64,000 nt of DNA from Octopus sinensis (taxonomy: Eukaryota): assembly GCF_006345805.1 (NCBI RefSeq), contig NC_042999.1, positions 129,952,001 through 130,016,000 on the forward strand, given 5' to 3'. The number at the start of each line of letters is the position of its first letter. The first letter of the stretch is position 1. The notes under the pieces were generated by a model that made no database searches, had not been told where the DNA came from, and worked only from the letters and a program-made list of their open reading frames with translations. Shown here one piece after another: positions 40,901-48,482 of the stretch. Made by a program: the position numbers and the translations under genes.

Positions 40901-42049
40901 TTAAACTCAGCTGAAATGGCTGAGATAGGACATATGAGATGGTATCAAAAAGTTCCAAGAATAGTTCTGTAGCATTCTAATAAATGGCAGCACATGGTTG
41001 CATGCACAGTGAGAGCTAGCAGTGACTTTCATAAGACGGTATGCCAAGTGACATCACTGTGTTTACTTTGAAATTTATGTTTTTGTGATCATATGTATGC
41101 TATAGTCTGTGATTTTGTTGTAGACAGGAAGTTGTAACAAAGAGCCAACGTAAAATTTTGGGAAGTCTGCTACAGAGACATTGATTCCAAAAGCGGCAGG
41201 AATGCTGAGACCAGTGTATGGCTTCACAAGGTAACTATTTCAAAGGAGATGATGTTAAAACTTAGGTAGGATAAGTCCTCAGCACCTCTTATTCATCATA
41301 GTCCTCCAGGCAATAACAGAGGGATTCAAGACAGGATGCCCCTGGGAGCTCCTCTATGCTGATGACTTTGTTTTGATAGCTGAGTGACTATTAGAACTGG
41401 CTCCTGTGGTGGTGGTATTTAAAATGCAGCATATGAACGTGGATGATGCCAGTGTTGCTGGCACATGAAAAGCACCATTCAAGTGTGGTCGTTGCCAGTG
41501 CTGCCTAACTGGCTCCTCTGCCAGTGACACATAAAATGCACCATTCGAGCATGGTCAATGCCAGTACTGCCTGACTGGCCCACGTGCTGGTGGCACATAA
41601 AAAGCACCCACTACACCCTCAGTGGTTGGTGTTAGGAAGGGCATCCAGCAGTAGAAACCTTGCCAGATCAGATTGGAGCCTGATGCAGCCTTCTGGCTTG
41701 CCAGTCTTCACTTCCAAACCGACCAACCTATGCTAGCATGGAAAGCGGACATTAAATGATGATGATGATAACTAGTTTGGGTAATTTTTAATACCACCCC
41801 ACACTTTTGCAATTTGAGGCTTTATCAAAAATATTTGTTTTGACTGTCAAAAAATTGCAACATTCAGATATGAAATGTAAATAAATAAACCAATCTAAAT
41901 AGACACACAGAAAAAAAAAGGGGGGGGTAGTAACAGGTCAAACTTACAGTATATCTACATGTTGTTACAGTATCAAAGAGAGCTGAGTGTTGGTTCTGTA
42001 ATGCCGTAAAGAATGGATTGTCCAACAGATCCTCATCATACTTTTCCAT
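1691..42049 (-). CDS. ANKRD27: Ankyrin repeat domain-containing protein 27 (VARP; VPS9 GEF domain + ankyrin repeats), spliced gene, 24 coding exons, 952 aa (962 aa with microexon)
   Basis: Exons join in frame with GT-AG sites and matching phases: 41948-42049, 40423-40557, 38299-38449, 37168-37248, 36850-36944, 36282-36341, 35543-35599, 31932-32074, 30757-30893, 29837-29927, 29658-29723, 28054-28141, 27816-27929, 26172-26361, 23630-23769, 23166-23258, 20817-20925, 18471-18628, 15126-15290, 14656-14790, 5601-5795, 4812-4931, 3865-4023, 1691-1765. Motifs recognised from human VARP: MxxYDEDLLxNPF, ILFEETFYN, DDLL..KSEIPNW, two CHPLCxCxxC motifs, RDDRG, ankyrin TPLH repeats. Confidence 0.96.
2490..2690 (+). 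mobile_element. Decayed RTE LINE fragment
   Basis: DVIREKCI...YNERLLNEENAW matches the 28570-29356 ORF. Confidence 0.8.
3865..4023 (-). CDS. ANKRD27: ANKRD27 coding exon 23 (HGARVNQRNHIGSTCLHEAV...SPVHLAE)
   Basis: 159 nt, phase 0-0. Confidence 0.94.
4812..4931 (-). CDS. ANKRD27: ANKRD27 coding exon 22 (MVELLLSYGAKVN...GNSPLH...LLLE)
   Basis: 120 nt, phase 0-0. Confidence 0.94.
5601..5795 (-). CDS. ANKRD27: ANKRD27 coding exon 21 (KLAKKQND...GFTPLHLACMNDDVE)
   Basis: 195 nt, phase 0-0, ankyrin repeats. Confidence 0.94.
5942..6804. mobile_element. Decayed Tc1/mariner-like non-autonomous element carrying a nested insertion
   Basis: TA-flanked inverted ends CAGGATGTCCCAGAGTTAACT / AGTTAATTCTAGGACAGCCCG. 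Confidence 0.65.
6315..6682. mobile_element. Non-autonomous Helentron/HINE-like element
   Basis: Subterminal ACCTCTGCC repeat (6339) and perfect 11-bp terminal hairpin ACCTCTGCCTT-ccct-AAGGCAGAGGT (6652-6677). Confidence 0.6.
7850..9350 (+). mobile_element. Highly decayed RTE-like LINE remnants interrupted by a SINE (8615-8773)
   Basis: Scattered RT-like peptide pieces (KWPCLIC, LAWD..W) and a degenerate 3' tail near 9300-9350. Confidence 0.5.
11371..11400 (-). CDS. ANKRD27: Candidate alternative 30-nt microexon of ANKRD27 (SLKELLSQGY)
   Basis: CACTAAC branch point, TTTTTCCTTCAG acceptor, 10 open codons in phase 0-0 like the host intron, GTAAGT donor. Confidence 0.75.
12694..13170 (-). mobile_element. 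Decayed non-autonomous Helitron containing a (TA)n tract
   Basis: Minus-strand 5' TATATTATAAAAGAG..CTGTCTGT, degenerate subterminal hairpin, CTAG-T 3' end. Confidence 0.55.
14089..14313. mobile_element. ~225-bp TTAA-flanked MITE (piggyBac-like ends); copies at 12205-12434, 33647-33822, 40680-40904, 58498-58723
   Basis: TTAA-CCCTTTAG...CTAAAGGG-TTAA-type termini and shared internal sequence in five copies. Confidence 0.85.
14656..14790 (-). CDS. ANKRD27: ANKRD27 coding exon 20 (second zinc motif CHPLCQCEKC)
   Basis: 135 nt, phase 0-0. Confidence 0.95.
15126..15290 (-). CDS. ANKRD27: ANKRD27 coding exon 19 (Ser-rich linker; EKLFKAIKNHDVQL)
   Basis: 165 nt, phase 0-0. Confidence 0.92.
16409..18010 (+). 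mobile_element. Full-length Tc1-like DNA transposon, DD37E (TRT-type), 1602 bp, intronic and antisense to the host gene
   Basis: TA on both sides (16407-16408, 18011-18012); TIRs CTGTGGGGGACAAAAGAGTTTG / CAAACACTTTTGACCCCCACAG; transposase motifs VLWTDE, LDGPDGW, QQDNAPSH, 37 residues between second D and E. Confidence 0.95.
16628..17642 (+). pseudogene. DD37E transposase, 337 aa if one extra A in the A7 run at ~16777-16783 is removed
   Basis: HTH N-terminus MAKGKMLTDSEKGEIV...GRKK in one frame continues as HKSGRPK...DDE in the +1 frame; no other lesion. Confidence 0.88.
18108..18340 (+). mobile_element. Young RTE 3' tail copy in a (TA)n tract
   Basis: Close match to 43265-43500, ends in (ATG)n. 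Confidence 0.88.
18471..18628 (-). CDS. ANKRD27: ANKRD27 coding exon 18 (NIVETLIENNARTDIRN...YAGR)
   Basis: 158 nt, phase 1-0. Confidence 0.93.
19291..19501. repeat. Near-perfect ~210-bp foldback; third direct copy of the arm at 19071-19150
   Basis: GTTGTGTCTGGGGAGAGTCATTCTC... / ...GAGAATGACTCTCCCCAGACACAAC, loop ~19394-19398. Confidence 0.9.
20030..20727. mobile_element. Cluster of three copies of the second SINE family (+,+,-); others at ~8615, 27341, 27580, 45218, 45465, 48835(-), 56511
   Basis: Shared GTTCAAATTC...GACTTTGCCTTTCATCC block. Confidence 0.85.
20817..20925 (-). CDS. ANKRD27: ANKRD27 coding exon 17 (CVKALVFSD...GDTALHLAAKWGY)
   Basis: 109 nt, phase 0-1. Confidence 0.95.
21020..22812 (-). 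mobile_element. 5'-truncated RTE LINE: RT C-terminal half with Cys-rich insert, 3'UTR repeats and (ATG)n tail
   Basis: GKSTTDAIFLV...FDRVP, VHQGSVLSPLLF, ADDL, CGKC insert, RGRPRKTWDEVV, then 3'UTR ending in CATCAT on +. Confidence 0.92.
23166..23258 (-). CDS. ANKRD27: ANKRD27 coding exon 16 (LLLVHFG...DGNTPLHSCAANGHEE)
   Basis: 93 nt, phase 0-0, TAG/GTGAGT. Confidence 0.93.
23630..23769 (-). CDS. ANKRD27: ANKRD27 coding exon 15 (ankyrin: LHVAAAAGH...HLACQKGFQSVA)
   Basis: 140 nt, phase 1-0. Confidence 0.95.
26172..26361 (-). CDS. ANKRD27: ANKRD27 coding exon 14 (first zinc motif CHPLCSCDKC; RDDRG)
   Basis: 190 nt, phase 0-1. Confidence 0.95.
27080..27310 (-). mobile_element. 3' end of an R4/Dong-like (restriction-like endonuclease) non-LTR element
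   Basis: KEIEKYKDLA..MKKLWKIKV..PVVIGVLGT..KSTILYSA.IL with frameshifts. Confidence 0.7.
27816..27929 (-). CDS. ANKRD27: ANKRD27 coding exon 13 (WFDSSVDV...SPTDIFFQ)
   Basis: 114 nt, phase 0-0, TAG/GTAAGT. Confidence 0.88.
28054..28141 (-). CDS. ANKRD27: ANKRD27 coding exon 12 (YYLATIEAALEQIRSG...)
   Basis: 88 nt, phase 2-0, VPS9 C-terminal helix. Confidence 0.92.
28570..29356 (+). mobile_element. RTE-clade LINE internal fragment (linker + RT N-terminal half), open frame
   Basis: GKAPGPSGI, YKGKGDAL, NYRGIKLL, MQFGFVPGKSTTDAIF, FIDMEKAFDRV. Confidence 0.93.
29658..29723 (-). CDS. ANKRD27: ANKRD27 coding exon 11 (CSNLAYVQHFNFSRASNKDEY)
   Basis: 66 nt, phase 2-2. Confidence 0.9.
29837..29927 (-). 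CDS. ANKRD27: ANKRD27 coding exon 10 (VPS9 core: MTSDDLLPLLIFIIVKSEIPNW)
   Basis: 91 nt, phase 1-2; a second in-frame TTTCAG acceptor would start the exon at 29906. Confidence 0.9.
30445..30640. repeat. Imperfect ~195-bp foldback
   Basis: TCCATTCTG-tctttct-CAGAATGGA centre; arms pair to the ends. Confidence 0.85.
30757..30893 (-). CDS. ANKRD27: ANKRD27 coding exon 9 (VPS9: NNIPIARKEIARLNKYSTPMGKLYC...)
   Basis: 137 nt, phase 2-1. Confidence 0.92.
31932..32074 (-). CDS. ANKRD27: ANKRD27 coding exon 8 (TYVLHQLH...ASDDAEINKCTRNL...)
   Basis: 143 nt, phase 0-2. Confidence 0.92.
32263..32800. mobile_element. Helitron-derived element with RepHel N-terminal zinc-finger fragment
   Basis: 5' TCTATTATATAAAA, 3' hairpin CCGTCCA-T-TGGACGG; minus-strand peptide IGTMSSVCLHC..RWPAE..SICCSNEMVRL. 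Confidence 0.75.
35543..35599 (-). CDS. ANKRD27: ANKRD27 coding exon 7 (KNRARHNPVYMDCLKVAAE)
   Basis: 57 nt, phase 0-0. Confidence 0.9.
36282..36341 (-). CDS. ANKRD27: ANKRD27 coding exon 6 (DVASAQYTKSMQLLLRDPTL)
   Basis: 60 nt; resembles human DSANALYTKCLQQLLRDSHL. Confidence 0.92.
36850..36944 (-). CDS. ANKRD27: ANKRD27 coding exon 5 (NRKTRENLDK...FRSIV)
   Basis: 95 nt, phase 1-0, CAG/GTAAGT. Confidence 0.88.
37168..37248 (-). CDS. ANKRD27: ANKRD27 coding exon 4 (KCESTPQF...LLWGDS)
   Basis: 81 nt, phase 1-1, TAG/GTAAGA. Confidence 0.85.
37488..37978. mobile_element. MITE with ~120-bp imperfect TIRs (CACTGTGTAACAAAATT), possibly Chapaev3-derived, with an internal repeat insertion
   Basis: 37488-37610 is inverted relative to 37855-37978. 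Confidence 0.6.
38299..38449 (-). CDS. ANKRD27: ANKRD27 coding exon 3 (TVYISNG...ILFEETFYN...)
   Basis: 151 nt, phase 0-1, conserved ILFEETFYN. Confidence 0.92.
39706..40030 (-). mobile_element. RTE 3'UTR copy; further copies at ~2088-2325(-), 18108-18340(+), 31360-31680(-), 38600-38830(-), 41280-41770(+), 59425-59660(-)
   Basis: Shared TTTAACGTCCGTTTTCCATGC...GGATGCCCTTCCTAA sequence. Confidence 0.85.
40423..40557 (-). CDS. ANKRD27: ANKRD27 coding exon 2 (VCVPRHG...TVSGK)
   Basis: 135 nt, phase 0-0, CAG/GTAATA. Confidence 0.92.
41948..42049 (-). CDS. ANKRD27: ANKRD27 coding exon 1 (MEKYDEDLLDNPFF...CRYT); acceptor at 42109, so 5'UTR part is 42050-42108
   Basis: TTTCTTTTCAG acceptor, GTAAGT donor, 102 nt, matches the VARP N-terminus. 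Confidence 0.95.
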
Positions 42050-42675
42050 TTTCTTAACTCAACCAGCTGGGTTTCCATCACATCTAAACTACAAATTAAA
42101 CTAATCATCTGAAAAGAAATTTAATATACAAATTACTTGGTTATGTGATTATATTATTTTACACTTGACATTAAGTGACAAATTAAAACCCTTTCACAAT
42201 CATTTATTAGGTAAGATATACATCTCTACTTACCAGTCTAATTATTTGATGTTAAAAAGGAACATCTAATACTTTTACATCAGTTGATAAAACAGTTTGA
42301 ATTTGTTGAGTCATTTTTCAAAATTAACATTGAAAATGCTAAAAATATTGTTTAAAAATAATTTGTTTTCTATACTGTTAATACAAAGCTTTAATTACTG
42401 TATTTTCAGGCATACAAACTGAATTCTTCAGATCAAAATTTACAGCCAAAATAAATAAAACAACACTAAGATGACTATGGAGGACCAAAAATTTCATGTG
42501 AAATGCAGTAGGAGTTGGAAAGATAGAGATGACAGGCTCTTTATACATGCTTACATTATATACCACACTGATTTATATGCTGGAAAATACAGTACTTTCA
42601 TAATGTATTATACAAGCTGTGACAGTTCTTTTGAGGCCATTTGTATGAATTTAGAAAACAGCACATAGTTCACCA

Positions 42676-43502
42676 AAGAAAATCTGTGTGCAAGAGCGAC
42701 GCTTGCAATGGTATGGTCATGTACTGCGGATGGATGAGGAGACGTGTGAAGAAGTGCCACTCCCAAACAGTTGAAGGTATCAGGGAGAGAGGCAGACCCA
42801 GGAAGACATGGGATGAGGTAGTCAAGCATGACCTCAGAGCGTTGGGCCTCACTGAGGCAATGGTGAAGGACCGAGATCTCTGGAGATATGCTGTGACTGC
42901 AAAGACCCGGGCTGCTTCCTGCACCAGTTCCGCATAGCCCCCTGCCCATTCAAAGTACCCTGGATCCTGGAACGTCTCGCTGTGCTTGAGGAGACCTGTT
43001 GAGTCAAGTACATGAACATGAACATCGAAATAAATATCAATGGAAATAGTAGTTGTGATACCTGTGCCAGTGGCACATAAAAAGCACCATCCACACGTGG
43101 CCGTTGCCAGCGCCGCCTCGACTGGCTTCTGTGCCGGTGGCACATAAAAAGCACCATCCAAACGTGGCCGACGCCAGCGCTGCCCCGACTGGCTTCTGTG
43201 CCGGTGGCACATAAAAAGCACCATCCGAACGTGGCCGTTGCCAGCGCCGCCTTGGTTGGCTTCCGTGCCGGTGGCACGTTAAAAGCTCCAACCGATCGTG
43301 GCCGATGCCGGACCCCCCTGGCACGTAAAAAGCACCCACTACACTCGCGGAGTGGTTGGCGTTAGGAAGGGCATCCAGCTGTAGAAACACTGCCAGATCA
43401 GACTGGAGCCTGGTGCAGCCCCTGGCTTCCCAGACCCCAGTCGAACCGTCCAACCCGTGCTAGCATGGAAAACGGACGTTAAACGATGATGCTGATGATG
43501 AT
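42676..43502 (+). mobile_element. Young RTE LINE 3' end (RT C-terminus, ~65-bp tandem units, GGAAGGGCATCCAGC domain, (GAT)n tail)
   Basis: RGRPRKTWDEVVKHDLRALGL...DRDLWR followed by the same 3'UTR as other copies. Confidence 0.9.
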
Positions 43503-43782
43503 ATATACTTGCCAATGTGTGTTATTTTTCTCGGCATTTTTTTAATGTTTAATTTATGCAAACTATCAAATCATAAAAGTGTTCTGATTTTTTTTGTATA
43601 TATCTGTCCCTTGACTGCTGGAGATAGGATAGGACAAATGCCATGCTGATGATGTCTGTTGAGGTAGAAATGTGTGTCACAATTGTCCTCTTATCTCCAG
43701 ACAATAAACCTCTCCTTTTCCTTAAAGGCAAGATAGAATTAAATATTATTAGGAATGGTATTTAAAAATTGTTAAAATATTT

Positions 43783-44140
43783 TGCATAGGAGTGGCTGTA
43801 TGGTAAGTAGCTTGCTTACGAACCACATAGTTTCAGGTTCAGTCCCTCTACGTGGCACCTTGGGCAACTGTCTTTTACTATAACCTCGGGCTTACCAAAG
43901 CCTTGTGAGTGGATTTGGTACACAGAAACTGAAAGAAGCCCGTCGTATATATGTATATATGTGTGTGTGTTTGACAACCGATGCTGGTGTGCTTACATCC
44001 CTGTAACTTAGCGGTTTGGCAAAAGAGACCGATAGAATAAGGACTAGGCTTACAAAGAATAAGTCCTTGGGTCGATTTGCTCGACTAAAGGCGGTGCTCC
44101 AGCATTGCCACAACCAAATGACAGAAACAAGTAAAAGAGT
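43783..44140 (+). mobile_element. tRNA-derived CORE-type SINE; other copies ~29365-29583(-), 34549-35130(+), 57900-58030(-), 59690-59830(-)
   Basis: A-box-like GTGGCTGTATGG, B-box-like GGTTCAGTCCC, ACCTTGGGCAA core. Confidence 0.85.
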
Positions 44141-46296
44141 ATTGTAGAAGTATAACCAATTTATTACACAAATTTTAACAAAATCTTATATGGACCCCCA
44201 AGGATTATATGGATCCTGGTTGAGTACCACTGCTCTAGAGGCAGAGACAGTTTTAATAAATCAAGAAAGTATGCTGAATGTGTTTGAAATGTAAACACTG
44301 ATGTATCAGCATAAAGAAGTGAAAACGTGTTTTTCATTTTTTTTATATGATTTAAAAGATTTTACTTATTGCTTTTTCCCAGGTATTTATTATTTTCTCA
44401 TACTCTTTAGTTCTAACTATTTGCCTTTTCATATTACTTTGGCAATACTACTGTTTAAGGTTTTAAAAATTTCTTTCAGATAATTTTATAACAGAAAATA
44501 TCAAATATATTAAGCAAAAAGTTCCTTATCACATTAACAGATGGATTTTTCCATGCAGTAAAAAGTTTACCTTTAACACATCAAGATATTTTTGTTGCAG
44601 TTGTATAGTTTCTCATTTTTTTATAGAAAACTATGTGAATGTTGATTTTATAGTAACTTCAACCTAACACCAAATAAAGTTTCATTTATTGCATGTTAAC
44701 TTTGGAGAAAATCTAATTTGTCTTTTTTTTTAATGTACTTAAAACGTAAAAAAATGTCTTGTATTTTACAAGTTAGTTGAACAACCCCTCACCACAATCC
44801 ACCTCGACAATAAAGGGAGTTAACTAGTTATGTTAACAAGCCTTATGTGAAAATTGTTTTTTCAGTTAAAACATTTTCTAATAGAGATGTGACAATCTAG
44901 TTACTTTCAATAACAAGGAAACAGTCATGCACTATTCCAATCTAGTACAAATGAATAACAACTAAAATTCAAAGTTACTACAAATCTCTACTAAACCCTG
45001 GTCTCTCATTTTGACTGACCCATACATGTCTAAAACAGTATATCTAAAGCTTGTAATCCTTTTAGGTAAAGGAAATGCTCTACAACACCCAACAGTATCA
45101 GGGAGTCTAACTCACAATCTGGAGTGGTGCTACTGCTACACACAAAATATATGAGACTATCTGCTTATTAGCCAAATAAACAGATATCATCATCATCATC
45201 ATTATTATTATTATTAGGGTGGTAAGCTGGCAGAATTGTTTGCATGCCAGACAGAATGCTTAGAGGCGTTTCGTTCATCTTCACATGCTGAATTCAAATT
45301 CCACTGAGGTTAACTTTACCTTTCATCCTTCTGAAGTCGATAGAATAAGCACTAGTTGAACATTAAAGTCAATACAATCAACATACCCCTCCTCCTAAAT
45401 TGCTGGCCTTGTGCCAAAATTTGAAACCATTATCATCATCATTATTATTTTGTTAACATGTGAAATTCTGCTAAGCATTTGCTTGCAGAATTTGTTTTGG
45501 TTCTTTATGTTCCAAGTTCAAATTCCAATGAGATTGATCTTGCTTTGATAAAATAAGTACCAGCTGAGCACTAAGAATAATGTAATCAAAACCTCTCCTA
45601 CCCCACAAAACTGCTGCCCTTCTGCAAAAATTTGAAACCATTATTTTATTAAAACATTTTTCTATGCTATTTATCTTTTAATAAGTTTTGAAATGTATAC
45701 AAATAAAATATATAATTCATTTGATTAGCAAAGACTCACCAACAGCTGCAGCACTGTTTTTTCTTTGCATCTTCAACAGCTACTACCATAGTTTCTGCTT
45801 CTCAAATAAGTCTATTACCTCCATCAAAGCAACCCAATCAATGCTTCTCTCATTATCCTCATTGTGTCTTGCATTTCAAACCTTGTACTAAACACTTTGT
45901 CTAATCAGTTCTCTCCAGAACTACAGCCCTCTGTAATTCTCTTTCTGTCAATATTTTCCATACAATCTACAGAAGTCCAATCTGAGAGGATATGTAAACG
46001 TCACAGATATTACTTCTCCTTCTCTAACTAAAAACGGAGGGGGGATGACGTAAATAGAAAGAAAGGTTTTGTTAGAAGACCAGGGAATAATTACCAAACA
46101 GGATTTGAATATAGTTTCAGTCATTAATTACTCAGTACTGAAATAGTAATTAAAATGATGCTCAGAACCTATACATATGTAAAACTAGGTGCAATTGTCT
46201 GGCATGAACACTGAACAGGATTAAGATACAATGGTTTAAAAACAAAAATCAGAAATTAATAATAAAGTAGATGAATAGGAATGAATATATATATAT

Positions 46297-46328
<32 letters not shown>

Positions 46329-46825
46329 GCTTATAAATTATGTAAAAGAAAAGTGTGTACAATAATAGTCCTCTTAGCAAGTTAGTTCACGATGCACAGA
46401 TGGACCTTTGTTTCATTTGGAAGAAGACCAAAAAACTCAAGTTACTATAACAAAACATTGGCGAACATACATGAGCGACTGTCCTACACATTTTCTTACA
46501 CTAATTACGTAGCAATTGCGAATATAAAACATACAGAGCTAATTAGTATCGTTTTAACATTAGCTAGTCATTTAAAGTTAATTTTTATTGGTTTCTCTGA
46601 TAGAATTGCGTAAAATTATTCAAACTGCTATCTTAAGTTATTTTCTCCCATTCAATAAAATATAAGATGGGGAAAATTGATGTCTACTTCTGCGAAGATA
46701 AAATATATTTTCTAATATACAGAAGTTTAGGGTTCTAACTTTACAATAATTGTTACAAAAAATTTAACAAAAAATTTACAAAATATTTGTAAAATATTTT
46801 TTTTAAATGTAAGATTCAACCAATT

Positions 46826-46829
<4 letters not shown>

Positions 46830-46877
<48 letters not shown>
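46830..46877. repeat. (TA)n microsatellite; others at ~12870-12928, 18341-18398, 46286-46328, 59163-59201; (GT)n 34861-34916; (GA)n 62947-62988
   Basis: Read directly from the sequence. Confidence 0.95.
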
Positions 46878-46880
<3 letters not shown>

Positions 46881-47340
46881 AAGCTTGGGCAAATCGTCCC
46901 AAGGATTGCTATATCATTATATTCAGTTATATCAAAAGAGTATTTATCATTTAATATCAAACCTACTGACAAAAGTTGGTCAACTGTATTGTTGAAGTTC
47001 CAATCGAAATAGAATCGTAACTGCTGTCAATAAAGTGGGAGATAAATCATTAACATAAACAAAGTAATGGGTAAATAAAAGATTGCAAATTATAACAGTA
47101 AACAACCAAATACAAGTGTAAAAATTACAAGTAGGAACATGAAATAAAAAGTAAACAGGATGATTTAAAAAAAAGCAACATTGTATACGTGTTTGTCGTA
47201 CAAACAAACGTGTGTACAGATATATTTAGACTTATTTTAGGTATCAAGTTTCAATATAGGTATATTTTATGATATGATTTTAAAAATATATTACAACTTT
47301 CGTTCGAATAATGTAGAGAAACATTGTGTAATTTACTCAC

Positions 47341-47430
47341 CCAAATACATACGCCGTAAAAATCTGTTCCTAACAATCTATGGTTGCTCCAAACTATACG
47401 GTGTTCACCAAAGATGCGGTGTCGACTGAA
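47341..47430 (-). promoter_or_regulatory. Probable non-coding first exon / TSS region of ANKRD27
   Basis: G|GTGAGT donor at 47341/47340 in a locally CpG-richer unique segment; the ATG exon has an acceptor, so an upstream exon is required; 5' edge is a guess. Confidence 0.55.
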
Positions 47431-48099
47431 TATAATACACTTTAAAAAAGATTAAAATGTTCAGTTTATTTAACAGGACATCAGTATTCTGACGCATGTT
47501 AAATTCCTGTTTGAACAGGAATGGGAAATTGAACTTGTTAGGAAAATTATTACAGATTGTTTCCAAATAGCATATTTCATAATTTTTTATGTTTCTGTGG
47601 TAATAGCATTTTCTCAATGAGGATGCAAGTAATGCTCTTTGATAACGAATTTTTATCTGATTACACTCCCATATATCAGGGGTTGACGTAACAATGTTTT
47701 TGAGACCTTATAATAAGGATGTATTCTTACGGATTGTTTAAAATGGTTTTTGGGAGTTCAGATTATCTCATAAATAGTTGCTCTGTTGTATCTGTGTAGG
47801 TATTTTGTATCAAATAATACTCAACAATATGCTAGCTCTTATGAGCATCTCTTCAAAATGTTTGCATTTAATCTTCAACAATTTATAAAATGATGTTTGG
47901 GTATAATGTGTGTGTGTGTGTTAGGATACTGGTCTTGTGTCTATTTTTAAATCTGATTTTATCAATCCTGTTTATTTGAACCATAAGAATAATAATATGT
48001 AGGCTTGCATATTGACTTAATATATATATTCTTTTAATATACTTACCATGGCTTTAAAGTAATTTTATTCCTTTTTAAACTTCCTTTTCTTTGATTTCC

Positions 48100-48482
48100 T
48101 TCCAGCTTTTGGTAGTCGCTTGCAGTCTCTCTTTAGAGTCCAGCAGTAATCTGCCACCATGTTTACATTCCACCTTCCCTGGTATCTCCACTTCATTTCT
48201 TTAATGTCCTAGTGAAATTTTTCATCATGCTCTTCACTTAGATTGCTGAGGTTCTCTGGGAAATAGTTGAGGAGTGATTGAAGAAAGTACATTTTAACAT
48301 CCAAACTTTTTGAAGTTTTGCAATGTTATTAACTATGATTTTGTAATTTGAACACTTATTGTTTCCCAAAAAGTTCTTGACAACACACTTGAAGCTATAC
48401 CTGTATTTGAAATTCATTCATAGATTTCTCATAACCTGGGTCTTTCATTAGTTTACGAATGTCAAGACCAATAAATATCCTA
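48100..48482 (-). mobile_element. Decayed transposase C-terminus, Chapaev3-like
   Basis: GIFIGLDIRKLMKD...FPENL..LSEEH.EKFH.DIKEM..RYQGRWNVNMVADYCW; family name from memory. Confidence 0.65.

Noticed and set aside
42608-43453. Long minus-strand ORFs of 113-184 aa
   Set aside because: Antisense readings of GC-rich tandem repeats in the RTE 3' end.
43783-43860. tRNA-like A/B boxes (also 61398-61490 and other SINE heads)
   Set aside because: They are SINE heads continuing into repeat bodies; no complete cloverleaf.
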